DNA of 48,113 bases from an uncultured Edaphocola sp. (lineage in GTDB: Bacteria; Bacteroidota; Bacteroidia; Chitinophagales; Chitinophagaceae): positions 1 to 48,113 of the forward strand of contig CAXYKQ010000069.1 in assembly GCA_964277835.1 (NCBI GenBank), given 5' to 3'. Position numbers and translations under genes: made by a program. Below, piece after piece: positions 1-9,180 of the stretch; position 1 is the first letter of the stretch; each line of letters opens with the position of its first letter. Below the pieces are notes generated by a model. It did no database searches, was not told the origin of the DNA, and saw only the letters and a program-made list of their open reading frames with translations.

Positions 1-663
1 ACCGGTCGCTATGACAGGATTTGTCGTACTCCGGTATACTTGCCCTGCCCCGCCGGTAGCGAGTAGGGTGACGTTTGACAAGATAGTTTCCATCTTGTTT
101 GTTTCCATATTCAGCGCATATACGCCAAAGCATTGTATGTCGTGGGTGGACTTGGTCACTAATCTGCCCAGGTGATGCTGGGTGATAATATCTGCCACGA
201 AATACTCTTTATGGAAATGGATATTGGGCAGCGATCTTGCTTTTTCCAGTAAGGCTCTTTCTATTTCCCAGCCGGTAATATCTTTGTAGTGCAATATCCT
301 GAATTCAGAGTGGCCACCTTCTTTACCACGGGCATAATCCCCGGAATCTTCTTTGTCAAAATTAGTGCCCCATTCTATCATTTCCTGTACGGCAGCAGGC
401 CCTTCTTTGATCACTACGTTTACCGCTGCCTGGTCGCAAAGACCGTCGCCGGCAATCAGGGTATCACTGATGTGCTTCTCGAAAGTATCGCCTTCTGCAT
501 TGACTACGGCGATGCCACCCTGGGCGTATTTAGTATTCGTTTCATTCTCTACCTGTGCCTTTGTCAGTATAGTAACAGCGGCTTCGGGAAATCGTTGTGC
601 GGTTTTTACAGCGAAGGTCAGGCCTGCGATACCGCTACCGACTACTAAGAAATCTGTTTTCAT
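1..663 (-). CDS. nadB: L-aspartate oxidase, 5' part (runs off the left edge; absent from the ORF track)
   Basis: Manual translation from ATG at 663: MKTDFLVVGSGIAGLTFAVK...TNTKYAQGGIA...HISDTLIAGDGLC...GKEGGHSEFRILHYKDITGWEIERAL...LATGGAGQVYRSTTNPVIATG. Contains the FAD-binding GxGxxG and NadB-type AQGGIA, EGGHS and TTNP motifs. Confidence 0.93.
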   Translation of the reverse strand, partial: MKTDFLVVGSGIAGLTFAVKTAQRFPEAAVTILTKAQVENETNTKYAQGGIAVVNAEGDTFEKHISDTLIAGDGLCDQAAVNVVIKEGPAAVQEMIEWGTNFDKEDSGDYARGKEGGHSEFRILHYKDITGWEIERALLEKARSLPNIHFHKEYFVADIITQHHLGRLVTKSTHDIQCFGVYALNMETNKMETILSNVTLLATGGAGQVYRSTTNPVIATG

Positions 664-769
664 CTTTTCTGGTTTCTGTAGCTAAAATACATATTCTGGA
701 TTAACCCCAGGCACAATAAAATGTGAAGGAAAACTTGTACCTGGCAGGGGTTAGTGAAAGGCGACCCTA

Positions 770-3286
770 TTAATTCCCTATATACCTGCTCATAAAATAA
801 GAGCTGATCCAATAGCCATTTACTTTCAGGGAATTGCGCAGCATTTTTTCTAAATATTTAGTATCGCCAAAAGCATGGTCAGTGACGCGCGCGTTCGTTA
901 CCCAACCTTCTCTGTATAGCGTGAAATCTATTTCATCGGTAAGCGAAGCCTTATTGTAATGATCGCTGCGCCAATAGTTTTGCTGGAAACGTTTTAAAAC
1001 TTCAAAATACCGCTCCTTTACATAAGGAATGTTGACCTCGTTCAAAGGCCGGTCGCTGAGCATATTTGTTTTGAGATAAAATAGCAAATGCTCCGAAGGG
1101 GCAATTTTGTCCACGAAATCTTTCAACAGGATATCCTCTTTACTGTCTAAAGCAATAACCAAGGCCGCTTTCAGCTCATCGAAAGACCGGAATCCATTGT
1201 GCGGTTGCATTGTTTCCGGCTCACTTAAAAACTTTCCTTTGTCGTCTGCCACGCGCATTTTTCCCAGGTAAAAGGTAAGCGTTTTTCTTTCCTCGTTATA
1301 GTCATTAGCCTCGTAAAAGGCGACCTCGTCAAAAGGCCCGGCATTGAGGACTTTATTTTGCCCATCGATGATTGTAAAATAATTTTCTTTTTTGGCTTTA
1401 AATAGCGGGTAGTAAGATAATCTTTGCAAAGCCTTGTATTCAAAAGGAATTTTTACCTGGTTATTTAAATCCACCAAACCCCATTTCTTTCCTTTAGCCA
1501 CTACGATGGTGTAGCTGCTCCTTTCATCATTGCCACCGGAGCCGGGCACAAAATCTAAACTAATACCACTGTATTCAAGCGGTAAAACCTGCTCATTCTT
1601 TTGATTGATCAAGCCGTAGTTTTTTCCTTTCTTTACGCTGAAGTAAGTGTTAGTGCCGTCCGCAAAACGTTGCAATATAGAATCGTAGATCATAGGTACT
1701 ACAATGCTACCTGTACTTTCTTCGATCAAACCGAATTTACCTTGAGTGTCTTTAACAAATAGCAGCCTGTGTTTGGCGCTGTTAAACGGGTTGAGCAAGC
1801 CTGCCTCGTTCACGACGTAGCCGTATGCAACAATGGGTTTTTCTAAAAGCGTATCAAAATTTTTGCTGCTGAATGCGTAAGTGCCGTCCTGCTTTTTTAA
1901 TATTTGCAAGGGACTCTGCTCGGTAGAGCTTTTATGGATCGATTTATAGATCGGGGGCAGCAATTCTTTTCCCGATTTATTATACAGTCCCGATAGCGAA
2001 GCTTTTTCGCCCAAAGCAACTATGAAGTAATCGTTATTGTAAGTGCCGACATAGTCAAACTTTAGCGGGATGATCATCTTGTGGTCTAAAGTTAAAACCC
2101 CGTTCATTTTGTCTTTTTCCGCCAAAATATAGTTTTCAAAACCGAAAGAATAAAAATTGCCCAGCTTATCATAAAGCGCCGGTATCTTAAGCACTCCCTG
2201 GGCATCTGCTAACCCTTTTTTACCTGCTTTGGTAACAATATAATTGCGTTCCCCATACTCCGTGATGTCGTCATACTCAAAGGGAATGGTTACTGCCGCA
2301 TTTGCATTATACATACCCGAAAAGCCATCCTTTTTTGCTATGGTTAGCCCGTTGGATAATGGTCTTATCAGCGTATGTTTTATAGGGATCTTTAGCTGTT
2401 TTGCCGGTAAATACAATCCGAATAATTTGTCCTTTTTTATTAAGTAATAATTGCTGTTATCGGTATAGATAATCTCCTCATTGTCGCAGGGATAAATGAT
2501 GGAACCGTTAGTATCCACAATCCCGAATTTACCGTCTTTCATAACGATCAAATTCCGGGCTGTCTTCCGGGCATTAGTATAATTAAAAGCCATGTTTACT
2601 TTCTTAGATGGATTACTATTGCGGGTATTGATCGTGTAAAGAATACTATCATAAATGCCGTCAATTAGCATTTTGTCTTCCTTAACCACGGCCATCTTTC
2701 CATTTAATGTTACCACGGCCAGGTTTTTAAAAAGGTCAATGGTTTCAAAATCCTGCCTCAATAAATTACTTGTCCTTACGTTCAACAGCTTGAGTGTATT
2801 ATCTTTGCCTTGCACCACGGCATAAGCAAGCTCCTTATTAAAAAAGAGAATTTTACCATATTTGGTGCTTAGTATTAATTTCCCGTTTTTATCTGCAATG
2901 CCATATTTCCCTTTTTTTATTAGCAAAAAAGATTCGGGTAAAGTGCTGTAGTTGGTAGTAATAGAATCATATTCAAAAGGGCTTATGATTGCGCCTTGTT
3001 GATTGGCAATGGCATATTGTTTATCTTTTTTAACGATGAATCCTTCGTTCGCCGATCGGATGAGATCATACACTGCGGGTTCCCGCTTCTTGTTGCTATA
3101 AAAACCATATTTATGGCCATCCTGGTATACACTGGCACCATTACGATAAACTTCTTCAGGTTTCCCGAGGCCGGAAGGAATCGCCATATCGCCATCTCCT
3201 ATTCTATATCCTCTATCTGAAGGGGGTGCCTGGGCAAATGCAGTAACAGCAAAAAACAGCAAAGAAAGTAAGGCAATAAATCTCAT
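770..3286 (-). CDS. Secreted WG-repeat protein
   Basis: Many K(Y/F/W)G(L/I)xDxxGxxxIPxxYD repeats. Signal peptide MRFIALLSLLFFAVTAFAQ suggests the start is ATG 3286 rather than 3328. Confidence 0.85.
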   Translation of the reverse strand: MRFIALLSLLFFAVTAFAQAPPSDRGYRIGDGDMAIPSGLGKPEEVYRNGASVYQDGHKYGFYSNKKREPAVYDLIRSANEGFIVKKDKQYAIANQQGAIISPFEYDSITTNYSTLPESFLLIKKGKYGIADKNGKLILSTKYGKILFFNKELAYAVVQGKDNTLKLLNVRTSNLLRQDFETIDLFKNLAVVTLNGKMAVVKEDKMLIDGIYDSILYTINTRNSNPSKKVNMAFNYTNARKTARNLIVMKDGKFGIVDTNGSIIYPCDNEEIIYTDNSNYYLIKKDKLFGLYLPAKQLKIPIKHTLIRPLSNGLTIAKKDGFSGMYNANAAVTIPFEYDDITEYGERNYIVTKAGKKGLADAQGVLKIPALYDKLGNFYSFGFENYILAEKDKMNGVLTLDHKMIIPLKFDYVGTYNNDYFIVALGEKASLSGLYNKSGKELLPPIYKSIHKSSTEQSPLQILKKQDGTYAFSSKNFDTLLEKPIVAYGYVVNEAGLLNPFNSAKHRLLFVKDTQGKFGLIEESTGSIVVPMIYDSILQRFADGTNTYFSVKKGKNYGLINQKNEQVLPLEYSGISLDFVPGSGGNDERSSYTIVVAKGKKWGLVDLNNQVKIPFEYKALQRLSYYPLFKAKKENYFTIIDGQNKVLNAGPFDEVAFYEANDYNEERKTLTFYLGKMRVADDKGKFLSEPETMQPHNGFRSFDELKAALVIALDSKEDILLKDFVDKIAPSEHLLFYLKTNMLSDRPLNEVNIPYVKERYFEVLKRFQQNYWRSDHYNKASLTDEIDFTLYREGWVTNARVTDHAFGDTKYLEKMLRNSLKVNGYWISSYFMSRYIGN

Positions 3287-3329
3287 ATTTATAAAATTAA
3301 ACTCAAAAGTAAAAAATGCGAAAAACAAA

Positions 3330-3371
3330 AAAGCATACTGGTATCACTTATTGTAATACACAGTATGCTTT
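3330..3371 (-). terminator. Intrinsic terminator after the prolyl oligopeptidase gene
   Basis: AAAGCATACTG (3330-3340) / CAGTATGCTTT (3361-3371) inverted repeat, T-rich tail on the minus strand. Confidence 0.65.
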
Positions 3372-3390
3372 CTGCTATTAAGTGTAATGT

Positions 3391-5538
3391 TTAAAACTTT
3401 ACCTGCTTAATGCCCATATTCCAAAGCGTAAAAGCCCAGATGTCCGCGGCTTCTTCAATCACTTTAGACGTTGGTTTGCCGGCGCCGTGGCCCGCTTTTA
3501 CATCAATACGGATCAGTGCCGGTTTGTCACAGCCTTGCTTCTCCTGCAGCTCTGCGGCAAACTTGAAGGAGTGGGCCGGAACCACACGGTCGTCGTGATC
3601 GGCTGTAGTGATCATAGTGGCAGGGTAACAGGTGCCTTGCTTCACGTTGTGTAAAGGAGAATATTTGATCAGGTATTTGAAGTCTTCTTCTTTATCGCTG
3701 GAACCATATTCTACTACCCAGCCCCATCCTACAGTAAATTTGTGGTAACGCAGCATGTCTAAAACGCCTACCTGCGGGATGGCTACTGCATACAAGTCCG
3801 GGCGCTGTGTCAGGCAGGCACCTACGAGCAAGCCCCCGTTAGAACCGCCACGGATAGCCAGCTTGGCAGCACTGGTATACTTTTCTTTGATCAGGTACTC
3901 TGCACCGGAAATAAAATCATCGAATACATTTTGCTTGCTGCTGAGCATACCGCCTTTATGCCAGGCTTCGCCATACTCACCGCCCCCTCTCAGGTTGGCA
4001 ATACAGTAGATGCCGCCGGCTTCCAGGAAGGGGATCAGGCTCATGCTGAAGGAAGGGGTCAGGTTGATATTGAACCCGCCATAGGCGTAAAGCATGGTGG
4101 GGTTAGTGCCATCCATTTTCAATCCTTTTTTATAGGTAATGAACATGGGCACCTTGGTACCGTCTTTGGAGGTATAGAAGACCTGTTTGCTTTCGTATAA
4201 TTCCGGATCGAATTTAGCACTTGATTTTCGGTATAGGGTTGAGTTGCCACTTTGGATATCATATTTGTAAATCGTGGGCGGATTCACAATATTGGTAAAG
4301 GTATAATAGAACTCTTTATCCTCTTTATAAGCGCCGAAGCCGCTGGCTGTGCCTACTCCCGGCAATTTAATATTACGTTCCAGTTTGCCGTTATAATCAT
4401 ATTGGGCAACAAGAGTAGTTACATCTTTCAGGTAGTGGGCAAAAAGTTTGCCCCCTCCGGTAGATACCCCGTCCAGTTTTTCTTTTTGTTCCGGGATCAA
4501 AGTCTTCCAGTTTGCCGCTGCCGGGTTTTTGGGATCTACCAATACTACACGATAGTTAGGAGCATTATTGTTGGTGGTAAGGATCAGCTTATCACCTATG
4601 TTATCAACCACATCAGCATTGGTTTTGAAACCTTCTACTACAGTGATGAGAGGACTGTTGTCACCGGCTTTCAGATCTCTTACTTTAATCTCGCTGCCAT
4701 CAGTACCTTCAGAAATGCCCAGCACCAGGAAGCGCTCATCTTCGGTAAGGCTGGCGCCTACATAGCGCAGTGGATGCTCCTTGTCCTCATATACCAGCAC
4801 ATCCTGGCTTTGGTCGGTACCCAGTTTATGGAAAAATACTTTTTGGTATTCTGTCTTTGCAGAATATTTAGTGGCTTCATCTTTAGGTTTCGAATAACCG
4901 CTATAGTAAAACCCCTCCTCGCCTTTCCAGGAGATACCGGTGAATTTCACGTGTTCCAGTTTATCGCGGAGCAGTTTTTTTCCGGAAACCTCCATCACAA
5001 ATACTTCCTGCCAGTCACTTCCGGAAGCAGATACGGCATAAGCAAAATATTTTTGTTTTTTAGAAAATGCAGTAGCCTGGAGGGCAACAGTGCCATCACT
5101 CGACAATTTATTAGGGTCTAACAGTACCTCGGGAGTGCCCTTGATACCGTCCTGGATATAGAGAACTGATTGGTTCTGTAAGCCATTATTTTTATAGAAA
5201 GTATAGTATTTCCCGTTTTTAAAGGGCGCAGAGAATTTTTCGTAATTCCACAAAGTCGTTAATCGATCAATGATAGATTGACGATAAGGAATCTTATTCA
5301 GGTAGTTTATGGTGAACGCGGACTGTTTTTTTACCCAGGCTTCCGTTTGAGCAGAGGTGTCGTTTTCCAACCAGCGATAGGGATCTGAAATGTTTGTACC
5401 GAAGTAGTTATCCTCCTGGTTTACTTTTTCTGTTTTCGGATAATTGAGTTTTCCGGGTTGAGGATTGTTGCTTTTCTGTGCATCTGCTGTGCCAGCCATA
5501 GTTACCGCAATTGCTAGGGATAAATAAAAAAACTTCAT
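3391..5538 (-). CDS. Prolyl oligopeptidase (peptidase S9A), secreted
   Basis: DPYRWLE near the N-terminus, GGSNGGLL nucleophile motif, DHDDRV and AGHGAGK catalytic Asp/His motifs, signal peptide. Confidence 0.95.
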   Translation of the reverse strand: MKFFYLSLAIAVTMAGTADAQKSNNPQPGKLNYPKTEKVNQEDNYFGTNISDPYRWLENDTSAQTEAWVKKQSAFTINYLNKIPYRQSIIDRLTTLWNYEKFSAPFKNGKYYTFYKNNGLQNQSVLYIQDGIKGTPEVLLDPNKLSSDGTVALQATAFSKKQKYFAYAVSASGSDWQEVFVMEVSGKKLLRDKLEHVKFTGISWKGEEGFYYSGYSKPKDEATKYSAKTEYQKVFFHKLGTDQSQDVLVYEDKEHPLRYVGASLTEDERFLVLGISEGTDGSEIKVRDLKAGDNSPLITVVEGFKTNADVVDNIGDKLILTTNNNAPNYRVVLVDPKNPAAANWKTLIPEQKEKLDGVSTGGGKLFAHYLKDVTTLVAQYDYNGKLERNIKLPGVGTASGFGAYKEDKEFYYTFTNIVNPPTIYKYDIQSGNSTLYRKSSAKFDPELYESKQVFYTSKDGTKVPMFITYKKGLKMDGTNPTMLYAYGGFNINLTPSFSMSLIPFLEAGGIYCIANLRGGGEYGEAWHKGGMLSSKQNVFDDFISGAEYLIKEKYTSAAKLAIRGGSNGGLLVGACLTQRPDLYAVAIPQVGVLDMLRYHKFTVGWGWVVEYGSSDKEEDFKYLIKYSPLHNVKQGTCYPATMITTADHDDRVVPAHSFKFAAELQEKQGCDKPALIRIDVKAGHGAGKPTSKVIEEAADIWAFTLWNMGIKQVKF

Positions 5539-5661
5539 TCTATATCAAATTGAATCATTCAAAAATAAGCAATTCGCTGCAATAAAGGGTTAAAATAATG
5601 TAGCCTCCTGTTTTCAAAAAGATAAATGCTTACTTTAGTTACTCAATAAAATGAGATAGAT

Positions 5662-7062
5662 ATGAAGATCAGTTTTCACGGGGCGGCCCGTGCCGTAACC
5701 GGTTCAAAGCATTTAATCACGCTGGAAAACGGTAAGAAATTATTGCTGGACTGCGGCATGTTCCAGGGTATGGGGCCCGAAACCCTGCAACTGAATACCA
5801 ATTTCGGTTTCAGGCCTAAAGATATTGATTACATGATCCTCTCCCATGCCCATATCGACCATGTGGGACTGGTACCTAAATTTGTAATGGAAGGCTTCAG
5901 CGGTACGATCTTTTGTACCGACGCTTCTAAAGCTTTGGCAGCAATATTGCTGGCAGATTCCGGCAGGATACAGGAGTCTGAAGCAGCATTTATCAATAAG
6001 CGCCGGAGAAAGCAGGGCAGAGATCTTGTAGTACCCTTGTATACAGAGGATGATGTGGCGCCGGCTATTCAAAGAATGAAAGTCGTGCCTTTAGGAGAGT
6101 GGTACCAGATCGATGAGCATATTAAAGCGATGCATACCGAAGCGGGCCATATCATCGGCAGTACCTGCATTCACCTGGAAATACTCGAAAATGGCAAGCC
6201 GACGAGAATAACTTTTAGCGGTGATGTGGGCCGGTACGACGATGCGATCCTGAATGCACCGGCCCTATTTCCCCAGGCAGATGTTATATTAATGGAAAGC
6301 ACTTACGGCAACCGCGAGCACGAGAAAGCAACACCTTCCCTGGAGCGCTTCCTGAATGTTATCGTGGAAACCTGCCTGGTACGTAAAGGCAAACTGATCA
6401 TTCCTTCTTTCAGCGTGGGCCGTACACAGGAACTCTTGTATGCCTTAAATACCTTGTCTTTGCAAAAGCGCCTGCCTCCTGTTCCATATTATGTAGACAG
6501 CCCGTTGTCAGTGGAAGCAACAGAAATGACCAAACGTTTTCCAAAATTATTTAATGCTGCGGTGCAGGATGTGCTGGAGCACGACGATGATCCGTTTGCT
6601 TTCCCGGGCCTGACGATGATCAAAGATGCGGATGCTTCAAAGGCCCTTAATTTCAGGAATGAACCTATGGTCATTATCTCTTCTTCCGGTATGGCTGAAG
6701 CGGGCAGGATAAAGCACCACATTTCCAACAACGTGGAAAGCTCGAGGAATACAATTTTGATTGTAGGCTACTGTGAGCCGAATTCGCTGGGAGGTAAATT
6801 AAAGAGCGGGCATAAAGAAGTAAAAATTTTCGGAGAAGTGCACGAGGTGAACGCTGCCGTAAAAGTTATAGAAAGCATGAGTGCCCATGGCGATTACCAT
6901 GACCTGTTGCGGTGGCTGGACTGCCAGGAACCGGCACAGGTCAAACGATTCTTCCTGGTGCACGGCGACTATGAAGCGCAGGTGTCTATGCGGGAGAAGC
7001 TATCCGACGCAGGGTTCACAAATATCAGCATCCCTGAAATGCATGAAAGCTTCCAGCTATAA
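5662..7062 (+). CDS. MBL-fold beta-CASP ribonuclease-family protein
   Basis: VTGSKH, LDCGMFQG, SHAHIDH, AGHIIG, SGDVG, MESTYG, SAHGD and LVHG motifs. Confidence 0.9.
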   Translation: MKISFHGAARAVTGSKHLITLENGKKLLLDCGMFQGMGPETLQLNTNFGFRPKDIDYMILSHAHIDHVGLVPKFVMEGFSGTIFCTDASKALAAILLADSGRIQESEAAFINKRRRKQGRDLVVPLYTEDDVAPAIQRMKVVPLGEWYQIDEHIKAMHTEAGHIIGSTCIHLEILENGKPTRITFSGDVGRYDDAILNAPALFPQADVILMESTYGNREHEKATPSLERFLNVIVETCLVRKGKLIIPSFSVGRTQELLYALNTLSLQKRLPPVPYYVDSPLSVEATEMTKRFPKLFNAAVQDVLEHDDDPFAFPGLTMIKDADASKALNFRNEPMVIISSSGMAEAGRIKHHISNNVESSRNTILIVGYCEPNSLGGKLKSGHKEVKIFGEVHEVNAAVKVIESMSAHGDYHDLLRWLDCQEPAQVKRFFLVHGDYEAQVSMREKLSDAGFTNISIPEMHESFQL

Positions 7063-7071
7063 GAACATAAG

Positions 7072-7102
7072 GCGCCGATTCGATAAGAATATCCGTCGGC
7101 GC
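7072..7102. terminator. Hairpin between convergent genes
   Basis: GCGCCGA...TCGGCGC stem between the stops at 7062 and 7141; no clear U-tract. Confidence 0.4.
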
Positions 7103-7140
7103 TCCTGTATGTGATGTATAGAAAAAGCTTGAGCTATCAG

Positions 7141-7941
7141 TTATGAAATAGCTATTTGTTTTGAGTTGGGTGAGATGCTGTCCGGTTTTCGCTGTTTCGC
7201 TTCCTGTTTTTTCAATTTATGAACCTTAAAAGAACGGTTGAATTTGTAAATTTTACTCAGGTCGTAGCAAATAACAACCGCCAGGAAAGCGACGACAATA
7301 AAAAACACATGAAACTTTAAAGACTGGTATAAGAACGCAGCGATAAAGGCTCCAGAAAGATAGGAGCTGAAAATGCTGATCAATAGTTTCGCCTTGCCCT
7401 TTATATCTTTATTATTCCTGTATTGCTTATGGGTAAACATAGAACATACGATGGCAAGGTCTGTAGTAGCCCCCGTTAAGTGGGTGGTCTTCACCGCGAA
7501 GTTGGAAATACTTGCGGTAAGCCCGTTTTGCAAGCCCATCGATAGCAATAAGATCATCAGCATCAATTCGGTTTCAAACAGGGTGCCCTTATAAAAGCTG
7601 GTGCCGTAAATCGCTACGCCCAAGATGCAGATCAGTTCCAGCATAATAGGCATGGCATGTGCCAGGTAGGTATTCCGCCTGTTGAAGTGAATAACGATAA
7701 AGTTCGATACGAAACTTCCCAGGAAAAACGACATGATCCAGAGCAATACAATAGCGATCTGGTAATAGTTATTTTGCGATACCTCTGAAGCAAGGATGGC
7801 AAAATAGCCCGTTACGTTGGAGGAGAAAGAATAAAAAAGCATAAACGAGGCGACATTTACCATGCCGGCTACTATCGCCGTTAATATGCCCAGCTTTATA
7901 TTATCTCCTAAACTCCTTGTATTACTATATTTTCTTAACAT
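7141..7941 (-). CDS. YoaK/DUF1275 family membrane protein
   Basis: AGMVN..F, FSSNVTG, MGLQN and TTHLTG motifs; multiple TM helices. Confidence 0.9.
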   Translation of the reverse strand: MLRKYSNTRSLGDNIKLGILTAIVAGMVNVASFMLFYSFSSNVTGYFAILASEVSQNNYYQIAIVLLWIMSFFLGSFVSNFIVIHFNRRNTYLAHAMPIMLELICILGVAIYGTSFYKGTLFETELMLMILLLSMGLQNGLTASISNFAVKTTHLTGATTDLAIVCSMFTHKQYRNNKDIKGKAKLLISIFSSYLSGAFIAAFLYQSLKFHVFFIVVAFLAVVICYDLSKIYKFNRSFKVHKLKKQEAKQRKPDSISPNSKQIAIS

Positions 7942-7962
7942 CTTACACAGGTTTTTTCCCGT

Positions 7963-8412
7963 TTAACTACTGCGCCTGATGACCAGTCGGGCATAATCTT
8001 TTACAAATGAAGGGGCGATGTAATTGAGTTCTATTTTCTCGTCAGACAATAAATTGATGTCGTAATATTCGGTCACTACACCATCAGTGATTTCCAGGAT
8101 ATGCCCGCGGCCTTTCAAGCGCCATTCCAATTCTTTTTCCTCATGTTTATCCTGTAAGATCAATACGCCGCCTGGTTTGAATTGCCAGCTTTTAGCCGTG
8201 TGGAATCTTATGGAATCCCTGTCCGTTCCTGAGGGTGGTGTTACGAGCCCAAGATTCGTAATAACCGACTTTTCAGTCTCTTTGATGTTCCAGTCAATTT
8301 CATCCCAGGAGCCTACAAATTCATTTTCAGGATTGTACTTATTGCCTATAAAGGCCAGCACGGCAACTGAGATGCCGGTGAAGAGCATGATTAAAGCGAT
8401 TCTTATTTTCAT
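7963..8412 (-). CDS. Hypothetical exported protein, lipocalin-like
   Basis: N-terminal hydrophobic helix, FVGSWxE motif, beta-strand-rich remainder. Confidence 0.6.
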   Translation of the reverse strand: MKIRIALIMLFTGISVAVLAFIGNKYNPENEFVGSWDEIDWNIKETEKSVITNLGLVTPPSGTDRDSIRFHTAKSWQFKPGGVLILQDKHEEKELEWRLKGRGHILEITDGVVTEYYDINLLSDEKIELNYIAPSFVKDYARLVIRRSS

Positions 8413-8430
8413 AATGAGTCTCCTTTTTGA

Positions 8431-8934
8431 TTAAGAGAAAGAGCCTGCGGTATTGAATATCACGGTTAAATCATCCGTAGCTACAGTACGCGCTTCTTTT
8501 TCTTTATAAGCGATCTGGATCTTATTCACTTTTGCTTGCTGCACCATGCCTGACAGGTCGAAACTTCTTTTCACTGTTTTATGGAACTTGCTGTCTTTGC
8601 TGTAAACAATCGTATCAATTTTATTACCTTCCAGATAATCATCGAATGTAGACTGCACGACGCCACTAAACAGGTCAACCGTTACCGTACGTAAGCTATT
8701 GGCATATTTATTACGGAGGATACTGATGGCGTCCATGAACGCATCGGTAGGCAAACTCCTTAAGATTTTATGCTTAGAGAAAAACAGTAAGTCTGTAATG
8801 CTTTCAGAGAGATGATAGCCACAGGTAAGTAACACGTCATACTGGTTGGCGCCATTATCCCTTTGTAAAAACTCCTTCAAGACATTCAGAGAGCTTATAG
8901 AAAAGTCTGTTGGTATTAAGATTCTCTTTGGCAT
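8431..8934 (-). CDS. Universal-stress-protein-like protein
   Basis: N-terminal KRILIPTDFS motif typical of the USP fold. Confidence 0.7.
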   Translation of the reverse strand: MPKRILIPTDFSISSLNVLKEFLQRDNGANQYDVLLTCGYHLSESITDLLFFSKHKILRSLPTDAFMDAISILRNKYANSLRTVTVDLFSGVVQSTFDDYLEGNKIDTIVYSKDSKFHKTVKRSFDLSGMVQQAKVNKIQIAYKEKEARTVATDDLTVIFNTAGSFS

Positions 8935-8956
8935 AACCTCATTGTTTTTGTTAAGA

Positions 8957-9046
8957 CAAAAGTAGAACCATGAAATTAGAGCGCCCTAAGCACGGGTTAA
9001 GAATTGCATTAGAAAGTGGCGCTCAAATTAGAAAGCGATTAGAAAA
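8957..9046 (-). promoter_or_regulatory. Promoter of the USP operon with tandem direct repeats (candidate response-regulator boxes)
   Basis: TACTTTTG (-7 element, 8957-8964, minus strand). On the plus strand: ATTAGA 8975, TTAAGA 8997, ATTAGAAAG 9008, ATTAGAAAG 9027, ATTAGAAAA 9038. Confidence 0.6.
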
Positions 9047-9180
9047 GTCATAAGGAAAACTTAATTACTCCTTATTTTTAATTATTAATGGTGAATTGAT
9101 GACGATTACTCATTAAAGTATTATGTCACCTTTGGTCCAAAGGGTGAAGCGGCAAGGCAGGCTGAAAATGGCCCGTTTTT

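Noticed and set aside
289-685. Plus-strand ORFs 289-648 and 353-685
   Set aside because: Antisense shadows of nadB.
4252-5121. 289-aa plus-strand ORF (likewise 18254-18781, 19319-20044 and other antisense ORFs)
   Set aside because: They lie wholly antisense to well-supported genes and have no recognisable motifs; consistent with codon-bias shadows.
5662-7062. Anti-phage MBL nuclease
   Set aside because: Standalone, typical beta-CASP RNase-family sequence with no defence-gene neighbours.
8970-9050. CRISPR or mini-array
   Set aside because: Repeats are only 6-9 nt with very short spacers and there are no cas genes; better explained as operator boxes.
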